A DNA stretch of 63,544 nt, the filler included, from Choristocarpus tenellus KU-1152 (taxonomy: Eukaryota; Protista; Phaeophyceae): the NCBI GenBank assembly GCA_964200185.2. It is 9 parts of 9 records of this genome, joined end to end, with 100 filler letters (N's around TTAATTAATTAA, not from the genome) between each part and the next. Parts side by side here need not be neighbours in the genome. Positions count along the whole stretch, not along the records: positions 51,037 to 58,927 come from CAXNAD020005438.1; positions 59,028 to 63,544 come from CAXNAD020014198.1; 7 more parts are not named here. One strand, 5' to 3'. The notes under the pieces were generated by a model. The model was not told where the DNA came from. It searched no databases and was given only the letters and a program-made list of their open reading frames with translations. Shown here piece after piece: positions 51,118-63,544 of this stretch (the stretch's first letter is position 1; every line of letters starts with the position of its first letter). A program made the position numbers and the translations under genes.

Positions 51118-54100
51118 CGGATCGGCTGGTCATCGCCAACAGCACCAGCAATGCAATGCGGGCCAAAGCCGAATGCAAACCTCTCGGCTTCGTGTTCATG
51201 TCCTTAGACGCCGCGAACCAGACAGCACACGCCCTCCCAGCACTTTACCCACCTACCCACGGCGGTGACAGGTAACCACACGCGCGCACAGTCCATCCGA
51301 CAAGAACTTTGCAGCCGCACGAGGAACAGAATAGACGACCATGTTTTATCCCACGGATGAGTGCAAAGTCCCAAGAAATAATTTACAAAACAAACGCACG
51401 TAATTCCACTACCTATTCCGTTCATCATGATGACCTTTCTTTACCCCTTCCTTTTGTTCATGTCCCCCTTAACAGGGGCTACTCCGAGCGCCAGAAGATC
51501 ATGGCCGCACACGTCGAAGGCCAGTTCGCGGAGGTGTTCTTCACTCCTATCAATCTTGGAGGAGGTACATACTGTAGAGTGGCGTAATAGCTAATCAACG
51601 GGTAGTGGAGATCGCAGACATGTACATCAGCCGTATGAATGTATGTCCTCTACATTGCATAAACAAATTACATTACCCCTCTTTTTAGCTCCAAACAAAC
51701 AATTCGTAAATGAGCAGAGTACTTTTTACCAACAGTTGATTAACATTATTGTTCGCGCAGGTTGTAACCTTGTCTGCACAGCCACACACCTTGCCCTCAC
51801 AAGGCTTATCGACAAGTACCGCAACAGCCTCGATGACTTGGGGAATTGCATTATCCAGCACGCGCATTGGCAGGCAAGAAGGTTTCATCCTGACACGACC
51901 TACTCAACACAGCCTTGCTGAATACCTAACCCTAAGTAACTAACTGCACGGTCTTTAGTTTTAGTTAGTGTGTTGCAACCTGCGTGTATGATGGCGGTGA
52001 TGTAGAGATTACGCTCTAGCAATACTGGAAACCTACCCTGTTCCTCCACGAAACGCGGCGAAATGGGCTGATATATCGGCCTCACGCCTATCCCTCCCTC
52101 GCTCCCAACTCCCCAAACTGGCCAGGTCGACAACTGCGTCTCAGAAAACAAGAACAATTTCTTTATCGGATACGCGGGGCTGTTGGTTGCGGTGAGTGTC
52201 ATTCGTGTGGTCGAGATTCGTTTTATGATGGTGGGGCACACGCACATCAAAATCGATCAGATCTTCTCCAGGTAATTAGGCAAGCTATATATTATGCAAG
52301 TTCGATAGCCACATTGTGTTATTCTATGGACAGATACAGCCTCGAGTCTTGCAGTCCACGCTTGTTGCATTCCTGGAAGGTTTATGGTTGCACACTGTAA
52401 TTGATCGATGGACTTTTGATTTCCCCACAACGAAATTTACCTACAAGAAGAGCAGCTGCCTAAACTGTTTCTTAACATACTCTCGAAACAAAACAACGAA
52501 AAAAATGCATGCATCACCCAATTGGTATATTGATTTTTCCATATACATGCATCAGAGCATGTCCCTGCATATATATCTTGCTTCTCCACTTCATTTCTTT
52601 CGCCCCCGCCTCAAAATTATCTTGCATGCGTTTCACGTTCAGGTTCTCACGTGGTATAAAAGGCAAAAACATTTTCACTAGAACACAGCTGGGTGAAGAG
52701 CTGCAGGCCTCTTACACGGAGATTCCGGTATACTGGAAGACCCTACGGAACCTGGGAAACTTCAAGGGACTCCTTGAAGGTCGCGTCAACCGTGTCCCCA
52801 ACATCACGAGGTACAGGGCTTTTCGCGTTGAAAAAGGCGGTGATGGGCGGGTGAAGGTTAGCGTAAAGCGATACATGCACAGCGCCGAATGGAGTGGAAT
52901 AGGGGGAGACCTTGCTATCGACCCCAACGCCCCTCCACACGACCTCATCATCGGCCACCCGCCTCGTATCCAAGATGCACCACCCTACCAGCTCAAGAGC
53001 GTTCCCAAAGACGTCATCCTGAAGGTGGAGCAGCAGTACCAGGCGTCGCACGAGTGCCTCCCTGCTGCGTCCCACTGGGTAAGACGATTTTTCGTGAGGG
53101 GAGTTGATAGCAAATTTTGGTATTCGGTGTCAGCCAAAAAAATCAGGTGTAAGTTTTATACTCTGCAGCATTTACAGCCTTTAGAAAAAAAAATCTTGAA
53201 TACATTTGCGTTGTCATGTGTAGTGATAGTCGCATGTTACAATAAAAATTACAATAGATTACTCCCCATAAATGTTTTGAGGGTACCGGTCTTGTGCTCA
53301 ACAGAGACGATTCCGACGAAATATACACCCTCCCTCTCACCGCATGCTCCCCAAGCGCATTCGTGAAACCTCACGCCTGGTAACAAGTAACATTCATGCT
53401 TCCATACCGTTGATGTCCTTGTGCTCATGTATTCCACCCTCGCAGACGATGAAGCCATTCAGAGAGCGAGCCACGAGCAAAGCGAGTCTGTGTGCGGACA
53501 GGGGAACGAGATTTTGGACCTCCCAGTGAGTCAAAGTATCGTAGAGGGTAGAGCCGCATCCATTTAGCGACCAAAATCCAATGTTGGAATTTTGATGTAA
53601 TTTTGGCTATCATATTTGTTAGGAGATACCAATATCCTTGTCCTGGACACATCTTTTCATAACGTATGCATTTTACCTAATCCGAAACATTTTGGAGTAG
53701 GTAAAATGTCCTTAGAAACCCGTGGGAAGCCAAGCCCCAAATGGACAAACAGGGAAAAAACTCGTACCCTCTAAGATACTTTCACTCAGTCCATTGGCTT
53801 CCCACCGATGACGATGGCTCTGGAACTATCACCGATGACGATGGCGCTGGAACTAGCACCAGCGACGTTGAAGACAACGACCAGGGCGAACGTTTGGGTG
53901 GGGGGGGTAATCTCGTTGATAGTGACAATGATCTCGGCGGGCTCGAGTAAACACACTCTTCCTCATCGGACAGTGACAAGGAAGAACCTGGTCCCGTCGA
54001 TGGGGTTGTCCTCGTGCTACCTTGACATCGGGGAACCATGGAAACCTAGTTTCAGTGCAGGAAGGCAGGTTTGCCTTTTTTGTGGCAACGGATGCGCCGC

Positions 54101-54612
54101 TCTTGGTCGGCAAGATCCTAGCGGACTTCGTCGGCGAGGACGGGAAGCGTGGGGCGGATATTCACTGGCTTCGGCCGAGCAGTGATCACACATGTGACAA
54201 CGCCGCGACCCTAACCCTTGAGAAATATGGCAAAAGTAGTTTTGTAGAAGGCTGGGTGCACGCTGGTGATAGATCTGGGCGAGGTGGGAAACCGAAGCGA
54301 GATAAAGACGTTAACTGGGAACCCGTGGCGGGTATTGTTTGTACTTGGGAAAAACTTGTTGGGAACGTCAGGAAGATTCCTACCAAGGTCTTGTCAGTTA
54401 TATGGTCTGCTATCGAGGCGAGGGAAAGGGAGGGTTTTGTGAGAGAGGGACGAACACTACATTATTGAAGGGACGTGGAGAGGAGAGGGGGGGGGAGAAT
54501 GGGGACGAAAGGGAAGACAACATCGGCGACGATAAGGAGGAGGACGAGGAGGAAGATGAATTCTCCCTACATATAACAGTGGGTTTAAGAATTGAGGATG
54601 GAGCTTTTTATT
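51118..54612 (+). mobile_element. Spliced DDD transposase of the Sola/DUF7869-like type, 5'-truncated and decayed at the 3' end
   Basis: Phase-consistent exons 51118-51271, 51476-51564, 51761-51873, 52126-52271 and 52643-53078. They encode FMSLDAANQTAHALP ... GGGCNLVCT ... HWQVDNCVSENKNNFF ... EIRFMMVGHTHIKIDQIFSR ... RYRAFRVEK..RVKVSVKRYMHSAEW. An acidic linker and a FAFFVA..PLLVGKI..DIHW domain follow (54022-54468). Confidence 0.85.
53528..53787 (+). mobile_element. MITE family A copy (260 bp) inserted in the transposase coding region
   Basis: TIRs gagtcaaagtatcgtagagggta / taccctctaagatactttcactc with AGT duplicated. Removing the element restores EILDLPVHWLPTDDD. Confidence 0.92.
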
Positions 54613-57600
54613 GAGGCTGGGTTTGACCGAAAATGGGGCAGTCCATACTGAAATTGAACAAGGATCAATCAAAGTGTACATACACTCTTTTTCGTGGGTC
54701 TTGGTGTGACTTTCTTTGTCAGGGTGGGGTTCCATTACCCTTTCTTCTCATTGGCCATACCTGCCACATGTTTCTTCTTTCAAGTATTACTGTATCATAA
54801 AATGAACAAATCAATGAAAATTTAACATTCAGCCCAACTGAGGTGTTGTCGAAAGGTGGCAATCTTTGATCCTAAATCGGACCAACAAATCGTATCGAAT
54901 TATATCGATACCAATTCAGCTTGTGAGTCAATGTGTATTGCTGAAGGGTAGGTACTACCCGAGATCTGCTTTGGTGCATTTTTTGTCGGCAGGCTGGTTG
55001 CTACCAACATTTTGCTCCGATTAACGACAAGGAGCAACAGCAAACTAGGTCTGGAGCAGACGGATAATCTGAAAACCGATCTTGTTTTCCTTGAACCCAG
55101 AAAGCGAGTTTTGTCTTTGGCACTATTATACTGCAAGGTAGCGACAGGATTCAAGAAGGAATGACATGGCGCAGAGACTCTGTTAAGAACACACCTCCTC
55201 ATCCCTTACGTGGTGTCTGTTGTTGTCTCTCATGGTGGCAAGGTTTCATTGTGGAACAGCACCGATGTGAGTCTACCACAAGATTCGAGGGAGGAGGTGG
55301 AGTGTTGAGCTGTGGGATGGCTGTACCTGATGCACACAGAGCAAGGCATGAACGCAGGCAGTACAATTAGGCGTAGTATATGGCTAAATTACAGCAGTTA
55401 TTCTGGCGTGTTAAGTACAGTACTAAGTAATATAACATAGTAGTAGTAGTAGTAGTAGTAGTGTGCAGTGTGCCTCCGAAAACAGGTCAAGATAGTCTCC
55501 GGATTGGAGTGAAGAATAAAAAAATATTTTCGTTTGGAGAAGTTTTTCTTGAATAAGAAGAGCCGGTGACTCACGTTGTGGGTGGTAGGGAGGCAGAAGA
55601 GACTTCAGTTGGAAGGCAGCAGCTAAGGCACACCTGCAACAGATTGTCGCAGTACCTGCTCAAATGGCGATCTCCAGACATACGTATCAGGTGTTTTTCA
55701 CCTGGAGAATCGGGTTGATGTGCTAGGGGGGGCTTGACTGATTCTTGGGGTTCTTCATAATGTCCGTCCTTCACCAGCCTCAACTGTTGATGCAGTGGTT
55801 GTAAAAATGGTATGTTTTTTCATTTATTTTATTGTTTTCAAACACACCACACTCTTGTAGGTGTACATGATAGACGTTTAAAATAATTGAGAGGTAGGCA
55901 GAGTTACATTATAAGGATTTTAAGAAAGGGCAAAAAGGCGCCATTTTGTACAATTCCAAGAAGAGCCTTCGCTGAATCCCGGCGTTTTGTGTGTGGAAAG
56001 GGGGAATATCAATGGTGAGATATATATATATATATATATATATATGCCATTCGTATTTCTTTCTTCTGGTCCCTTTTTTATTTTTGTCTTTGATCACATC
56101 AGGGGTTTGATCATTTTTTATGTTTCTTTCATCTTTATGATAGGGTTTGTTGGATTCTTGGGATGCCTCCCTAGCTCCCCCCCCTGCTGGGGTGCAGGAG
56201 TAGGTAGATGGGAAGCACAGGAAGAAAGTAGTACAATATTGATAGTGGTGAAGTAACTGATAGATAAGTGTTTTTCACACTTACAGTGTTTTATAGTGTT
56301 TTCACATTTATGATATTTTATTTCCTTAGGGCTTATACTGACATATGTACAGTTTCCATTTGTTTTCCCTCTGACATATCTGCGAAATGTCAGAGGGCAT
56401 AATAATATTATAGGATCATCACATTGATACTAGAAAATAGTAGGGACCCAAAGTAAAGGAGATGTATGAGGTTTTGAACATTTGTATTTTTAGCCACTTT
56501 TCCCATCTCTTGAATTTCAATATTATTTCTATGGATGAAGTGCTAAGGCTGACTTGAGAGCGTTGATTTCTCTGTTGTTGTGAATCGTGTGGTTCTGTGG
56601 GGGCGCGGTTCCCTCAGGCAAGGGTGGCGATGAGAATCACCAGGCAAGATGGACCAGACGAACCAAGACGAACCGTAACCGAGAGGACGAGGGTATGGTT
56701 GAACAAATGCAAGACTGAAAGGACTTACAGGAAAAAGTGGGGAACGAATGAAGTGGGGAGGTTCACAATTCGGATGGGTTTCGGAAAAGAAACCCATTAA
56801 GGATAGGATCCGCCTTCCGAAAAACATGCTCATAGAGAGATGTTGCGGGAAGACACGGAAATCTATCACTCCGAATATCCTCCACACAGTTGAACCGAGG
56901 TTCTCAGAACACATCAATCGGTATGACGGTATATGGAATACGGCAATACCGGTATAAAACAGACAAACATGCTTTCTACATTTTATTATATTTTATTATG
57001 CCCTCTGACCACATTGTCTAAAGTTCCTTAGAGAATTACAGGAAAGTCCCTGTACATAGTACAAAAAAAAGTTCAATTTTCCACATTTCTCACCATCCTT
57101 AAAATGTAACCCTGAAATGAAACCCTGGGTACCTCTCGTTTAGTTCGATCATCATTCCATCATGCATCGAACAAATGTGTACCATCAACCAATCAATGAG
57201 GATGCTCCACAGAGTCACATGCGACACACTGATGAAGTAGTACCGCATTTCCTCTGACACCCTGCAGGTAGATGTTGTCATGGGAGGGAAATGACCAAGA
57301 ACGTACAAGACAACTCAACGACCACAAGAAGAACAATTAGGACAAAAAGGAACTTGACTAGGATGACTCCCCTGCATTGTCACATACCACTTGAACCAAC
57401 ACTTTGAGTGGGTGTTGCGATGGACTTTCCCGGTTATTTTCAGGCCCATGGTATCCTAGAGTAGATGTTAAGGTCAAGTTCTCCATTCAGGGCTTGATGG
57501 AGTTTGTAAGATGACCCAGATTCATGCCTGTTTCGCAGGTGATTCTCCGATGGATTTGGTCTAGGCAGGGAGGTGGGAAAGGAAAGCGAGTTCAGATGAC

Positions 57601-59119
57601 AGAAATTGCCCTTGCATCTGATACGTTAGCTCGTATGACATTAAATCACTACAGGGTTACACAGCTTGACTCCCGCTCTAGGATACTGTAGGTCTCATCT
57701 ATTGCTCATTGCACTCAATCCGTATACCACCTACCACTATTGATCACTATCAAGACGATCAGCAACAACACTGCTTCAACAACTGATGAACCCACGTAAG
57801 GATGGCTTGCCAGGCTCAAGACCACACGTTCTTATCACCCTATCATGCCATTGAACTTCAACATCACCTCACTCAATCACACAGGTCAGCACCGTGCATC
57901 TCGTTATTTCACAATATAGCTCCTAGACTGAAGTTTGATAATTATATACCATAAAATCGACATCCCTAATTCATTCAAAACCACAATGCCAACTCTCCCT
58001 GTGTGTAAATATACCTCACCCTACCACTATTGCTTCCACAATAAGGGAGAGTTAACCCACCTATGTTTGTTAGTCTGGCTCCGGGTATGTTTCCCGACGA
58101 TTTAAACCACGTTGCGGAAGTGGAATAATTTGTTTTACGTTTTTCTTTTTTCGATCCCATATGAATGCTGCCGCCAGATTCTTTCATCGTCTACTGGTTT
58201 TCTAGTGATGTTTTCACTATTTTAACAGGGTCTGCATTGATTCTAACGAAGGCCTTTCTATTCCAATATAGAGGTTATGTGAACGAGGCGTACCCCAGGT
58301 TTGGCCATTTTGCATTTCAAGCCACTTTTTTTTCATCTTCTTGCAATTCATCGTTTCTATGGATCAAGTGCTAAGGTTGGCTTGAAAGCGTTGATATCTC
58401 TTTTGCTTGAATTTTTTTTTCGAAAAGTCCCTGTACGCATTTGGTACAAAAATGTCGAAATTTGCGCCTTTGTCGGCACCCTTAAAATGCAACCCTGGGT
58501 ACCTCTTGTTTACTTTGACTCAATAATAATAAGCATAAGAAAAAGAATATATATATATATATATATATACTGTACTCTGTATCTCCCTCCCTTGTTGATG
58601 GTGTTCCACTATATCGAATGCATGCGTGCACTGTTGGCGACTGCCAACTCTAGTACAAGGTACGGACACATCTTTACTCTGCTCGCTGTGGCACACACTT
58701 CATTAAAGTACAAAGGAAAGGGTATGTATGAATACGTGCCGACAATACACACTACACTGGGGAGGTGCATCGCTTAGGCATCATCCTTGCCCTATTAATA
58801 TTTGTAGAAATAAAAATATATGGGGAGGGGTCGGGGTCGCTCCTTGCCATTTGAGGCAGGGTTAGACAACAGGACAAAGTAGGTGAAGAGGGCGGGGGCA
58901 CAAGGACATGGGAGGAGGTAGCATCCTNNNNNNNNNNNNNNNNNNNNNNNNNNNNNNNNNNNNNNNNNNNNTTAATTAATTAANNNNNNNNNNNNNNNNN
59001 NNNNNNNNNNNNNNNNNNNNNNNNNNNGTCTAACTCAACCCCTCTAACTCTCAGCTCTGTGTTACCCCCCCCCCCTCACCTCCCTGACTAGCATTTGGCA
59101 ATCAGGGTACTACACAAAG

Positions 59120-60963
59120 CTAGCCAGTTCTCACCCATGTCTGTGCATGTGCAGCACGTGTATCACCTACCGTCTCTGCTACCAAGAGACGGAAACCAGT
59201 CACGATGTATTCCATCTCTTCCACTGAGCTTGCTGTAAAGTCCAGCTGCTCAACACAAAAATGAAGATAGAGTAGGTAAGTTTCCGACAGGAAGGACAAG
59301 GGGGGGGGGAAGGCATGTACATTTTGGTCCAGATGTTCTGTAGGGCGTACAACAGCACTACTGGGCATCTGAACAAGTATGCACATCGTTCTGCATGTCT
59401 TCATTTTTTTTAACAAGACTAACGATCTTCATATCGCAGTACTGCGTAATACCCCATTGGATTAAGTGCATTTCAACCTATACAATATATGAACACCATT
59501 ACACATACAATATTTACTCAATGCAGATTTCATGCAAAAGAACAGCATGTAGTATTATTTCTACCCCTAGATGACCACATGGAGTTTTGACAGTTATGCA
59601 CGGCTTCAAGATGTCTCCATTACCAGCAGTACGGTGGAGATATCTGACCTTGTAGTTGCAGTGTAGGCTATCCAGGGAAAGTTTTCCTGACATAAAACGG
59701 TGAAAATATTGAGGGTATTTCCAACATTATACTCAACTTTCCTAATCCCCTCCCAAAATCTCTCCAAAACATTATACCTAAATGAGCACATATTGAAAAA
59801 TCTCACAGTTTGCTACACAAGAGAGGATTTTCTGTTTTTTTATCGAACACACCGTGCGGAATAAGTACACCAACGTGAAACCCCGCTTCAGCTCCTCCTC
59901 TGTTGCACACCCCATGCGAAGTGGACTTGAGCCAGTCTTGTCTTCATGTTCTGGATCTTTCTCTGTTCCCTTCCGGACCTGAGATTTTCAATCAAAGGAA
60001 AGGGTGGTAGGCACGTCAACGTTCCTCTGCAGCATAGAACTCAAGCGTAAGCAGGTGGTCAGATTGCAGAGGTGCTTCTGCATATTATTTCTGTACTATC
60101 AAGAAAGATTATCCTCCTGAAATTCAATGTTCACCCCAAAAAGAAAAGATACGTCGAGCATGATGCAGAAAAAAGAAGAGACCTGGCGCAGAGGAGTAAT
60201 CTCCTTAAGGATAAGGATAAATTTCATTGCATGCTCACGCTGGTCTTTGCTAAGCTCTGTCACCCTGAGACGTAGGGGAACATTCAGCACAGTCCATAGA
60301 TTGGCTAAAGCACAGACAGTTCTTGAACTCCAGAGACATGTTGTGACACAACTGTTATCCTCTCTTTCATCATACAGCTGTTTTGTGCCACATGATGTCA
60401 TCTCCTTTCGAGCAATACTCCATAATGCACAACAGCATGTGGGTGTGTCCAACTTGTGAAAAGGATACCGCATCAACCAACACAAAACTCATATTTCCTT
60501 AATATGATGGCCAAATAAAAGACAACTTCACAATTATGAGGTAAATGCATAGACCTCATGACAGTTACACTAATTATAGAACAATTTTTTGTCCAAAATT
60601 TACCTCAAACTGGCCCAGTTGTGAAACTAAAGAACTGGTAAGCGTAAAGTAACACGATGCATATAATTTATTTAATTGAAGCACTAACCAGAGGGAGGAA
60701 ACTTCAACTTAGGGTATATAAAAAAAAGTGGAGCTCACAGCGCATACATACACATGGAAATAACCACTATTGAAAGACTTTTGACTATGATACCAAGAGC
60801 TCCTTGGAACTCACAAAACACCATTAATGTTCTTACCTTTGCCAAGGAATTCAATGAGTACTCTGCTGCGCCAAACGGTGTCAGCTTTCCAAGGACTCCA
60901 CCAGGCTTTCCCTTTGCCATCAAAAAGTGCTCTCCGTCATCCACCGTGTAAATTACACGTGGG
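59120..60963 (-). CDS. PH-domain (PLC-type PH-like) protein, C-terminal exons 60837-60963, 59853-59978, 59120-59245
   Basis: PRVIYTVDDGEHFLMAKGK...EYSLNSLAK | VRKGTEKDPEHEDKTGSSPLR..LKRGFTLVYLFRT | LDFTASSVEEMEYIVTGFRLL gives the PH pattern 'FSL+...RTLD+.A.S.EE...W..G+..L'. Phase-0 introns. Confidence 0.8.
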
Positions 60964-63449
60964 CTGCAGTAATGGGAAAAAAAAGTAAAGGATTAACAAC
61001 AGATTTGTGAGAGTTTGAGGTATTTAGATTACAGCCATGCAAACCAAAAAAAAAAATCTTGTTCTTTTGGAATACCAAAATATTGCTATACAACATCAAC
61101 AGTCTACACAGTACAGTTTGATGACACACAAAGTGAATGGTGACTCCTCATGATAACATGGGATACTGAAATTGTGAGACCGAGTCAACAAATCAGCTTG
61201 TACACGAGGATGCAGTTGAGTTCAAACACGTAAAATGACAAAAGAGACAGGCAAGGTACAGAACCGATGCTACACGGTAAGGGATTGTGGAGGGAGGATT
61301 GGGATACGGTACAAGAGATATTTGATGTGACCCCACTTCAATTCCTGACACAATTTTCGAGTATATATATCGCGCCAAAGCACTATTATCACAAGAAAAC
61401 AAGACGAGATATTTCTCGTCAAGAATTCTCAAGTAATATGCCCCACCGACTCTCTCAAGGCTTGAGCCAGTATCGGATTACATTTGGTTGGAACTCACCT
61501 CGATTTTCCCGATCGACTGTGCTTGGTCAGAGAAAAGCCTGCTGCCAGACGCTTTCTGAACTCATCGAGATCAAAGGCGAGTTCCGGCTGTATTCAGGTC
61601 AACACACAGATCGAGGTAGCCACAGAGGAGGTTGAGAGGGAAGGAGTGGAATTGATATGATTGATGGTTGCATGGTGGAAACTGTGCAACCAAGTATCCC
61701 CACAAACTTTAAGTCCACCTAACCACACCGCATCGTGCAGTGGGAGAGGCACCACTCGGGGGAATACCTTAACACAAGCTACATTGTTTTAGGAAGGGGT
61801 GATGGAAGTGTACATCCACCTGAGAATCTACAACGAATGTACGTGGAGAGACATTTTCGAGAGAAAACAGTACGCTGGCCACACAGTGATGGCATTAACC
61901 CCCCATTTGAGGGCTGGACGAGCGGGAAGCATTGCTCTCTTGTAACAACCCATTATTCCAACCCCACCAAACATCCAAAGTAGCCCTGCCCTCAAATTCT
62001 CAAAAGACCTGGGAATACATCTGAAGACATTGCCCATAGAAAAGCGACCCCTATTCACACAGTGATCACATCACTACCTTACATGATCCAGGTCCAAAGC
62101 AGTAACATGCATTGCTATCTGTTGACCAATAATTCCAAACCTACCCAATCAAGCCTAGGCTGAGTTCCCTCAGATTCTTAAAGCGGGTTTTCACGACACC
62201 ACTTCGTTCACTTGTACAACCAAAAGGACAGGGTTACGTAGGAGCAATCATCGTCTGACCCACCGCTTCCTTGACAGGTTGCACTCCCTGGAACGACCGA
62301 GGCCTGGTCAACTTCTTTCCAGAACCTCCAGATGACATGGAAGCGATTGTAGACCCAGAATACAGGCCGTGTTCAATTGCTGCAGGAGCCATGTTTGTGC
62401 ACCTGACTTATTCCGCAATTTTCCGACTCAGGAGTTCTCTGTTTCCCAAGACAGAATGGGAACTAGATCCTCCAGAGCACAGGCACAGCAAGAGATAGAT
62501 TCGATAGAGTTAGAGTGGAGATGTCACACTCGGGCAACAATCGGAGACCACGGATTGACGAATTTGTCTTCCCTAAAAATGTTCGGCAACCTGATATCCC
62601 AACACCTTTTGGGGGTTGGCCAAAATTATGGAGACATTCATAATGACAGGTTGACCCACTCACTACCTAAACCTCCTGTTTTGAGCTACAAGAGGTGATA
62701 GTTTTGGTTCGATTTTCTTCTTCAGATTTACCTTTTGCTTGTATTGTAAGTTAGAAGGTGTCTCTATATGTTTGTGCTGTATACTGTATTGAGTTGTACC
62801 TGCGGACACGACTTCGTTCAGAATGTACAGACACACTATTCATTCATTTCAATATTGTGTTGTTCCTCCGTCCAGGAATGATACCTAATTTACTGGGTCT
62901 TTGTGAGGTGGGGGGTCTCACTCTCAGAAGAGTTCTTTCAAAACCAATTTCGGTTCGATTTCTTTTAACGTCAACGAACTATAATAACGGTATAATAACA
63001 TATCTAATATTTAAAGTTTGTGTATATGTTTGTATATATGATAAATAATCAGAATTGGTAGAAAAAAATGGCGTTGGAACTTGGATTGGATTTTCTAGAA
63101 CGCTTGAGCAAATAAATACAAGGTTTATTAAGGGTATTCAAAAATAGGTGAGTTAACAACTGACACAGTGACTGAATCTTAGATCAACGTATCAGTTGGT
63201 AAATATGGTAGGTGTGGTTAGCAGGCATTCGCTTGTATAAATTTTGTGGGTTGCAACCCCTCAATCCCTCCAAATTATCCAAACTTATCTGAAGCCTACA
63301 TTCCACTACCTATTCTACACGCCCACCACCATCCTATTTTAGAATTTATCTTCAGAGTGGTACCAATACTATCGCCCTCTGGGGTTATCCCGTCTTAACT
63401 TTTTATGAAGACATCTGATTTAAAAAATAAAAGCATATTCGTGATGCCC

Positions 63450-63544
63450 GTCATAAGGCCCTCCAGAAAACGGGCTTCGTTCTTTTTTGAAGAAAGAGCG
63501 CTCATATTGGGGTTCGAACCCTGGATTGTAGGTCACCAAGAGTG
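63450..63544 (-). mobile_element. tRNA-derived SINE-like repeat, copy 2 (cut by the window end)
   Basis: The reverse complement cactcttggtgacctacaatccagggttcgaaccccaatatgagcgctctttc...gaagcccg...ctggagggcctt matches 2548-2650. Confidence 0.55.

Noticed and set aside
52509-53366. Stand-alone 285-aa gene
   Set aside because: Only 52643-53078 is a real exon of the transposase. The flanks are intron read-through.
61500-62700. Decayed LINE-like coding fragments (also ~57350-57900)
   Set aside because: No RT or endonuclease motif was identified, so they cannot be assigned.

Overview
Eukaryotic DNA with GT-AG spliced genes. Gene content and style suggest a brown alga or close stramenopile relative (inference). 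The window is not one locus: it is nine contigs joined by 100-bp artificial spacers (44 N + TTAATTAATTAA + 44 N), so adjacency across spacers is not evidence of linkage. Host genes are an ankyrin-repeat gene (3' part), a divergent pair (a hypothetical protein and a probably plastid-targeted degenerate alpha/beta-hydrolase), an apparently complete ~18-exon secreted reprolysin-like metzincin with two C-terminal discoidin-like repeats, two ABCG exons, and a PH-domain gene (3' part). Mobile DNA includes a CRE-like LINE relic, a spliced DDD (Sola/DUF7869-like) transposase, two related MITE families sharing an AAAGTATC terminal core, a tRNA-like SINE, a gag zinc-knuckle relic and a large interrupted inverted duplication. 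The most unusual signal is two independent decayed genes for ParB/Sulfiredoxin-like proteins whose motif layout recalls DUF3723 of fungal Starship elements. One heads a ~5-kb intronless, co-oriented cassette of unknown genes, a candidate uncharacterised cargo-carrying mobile element or endogenous viral element.
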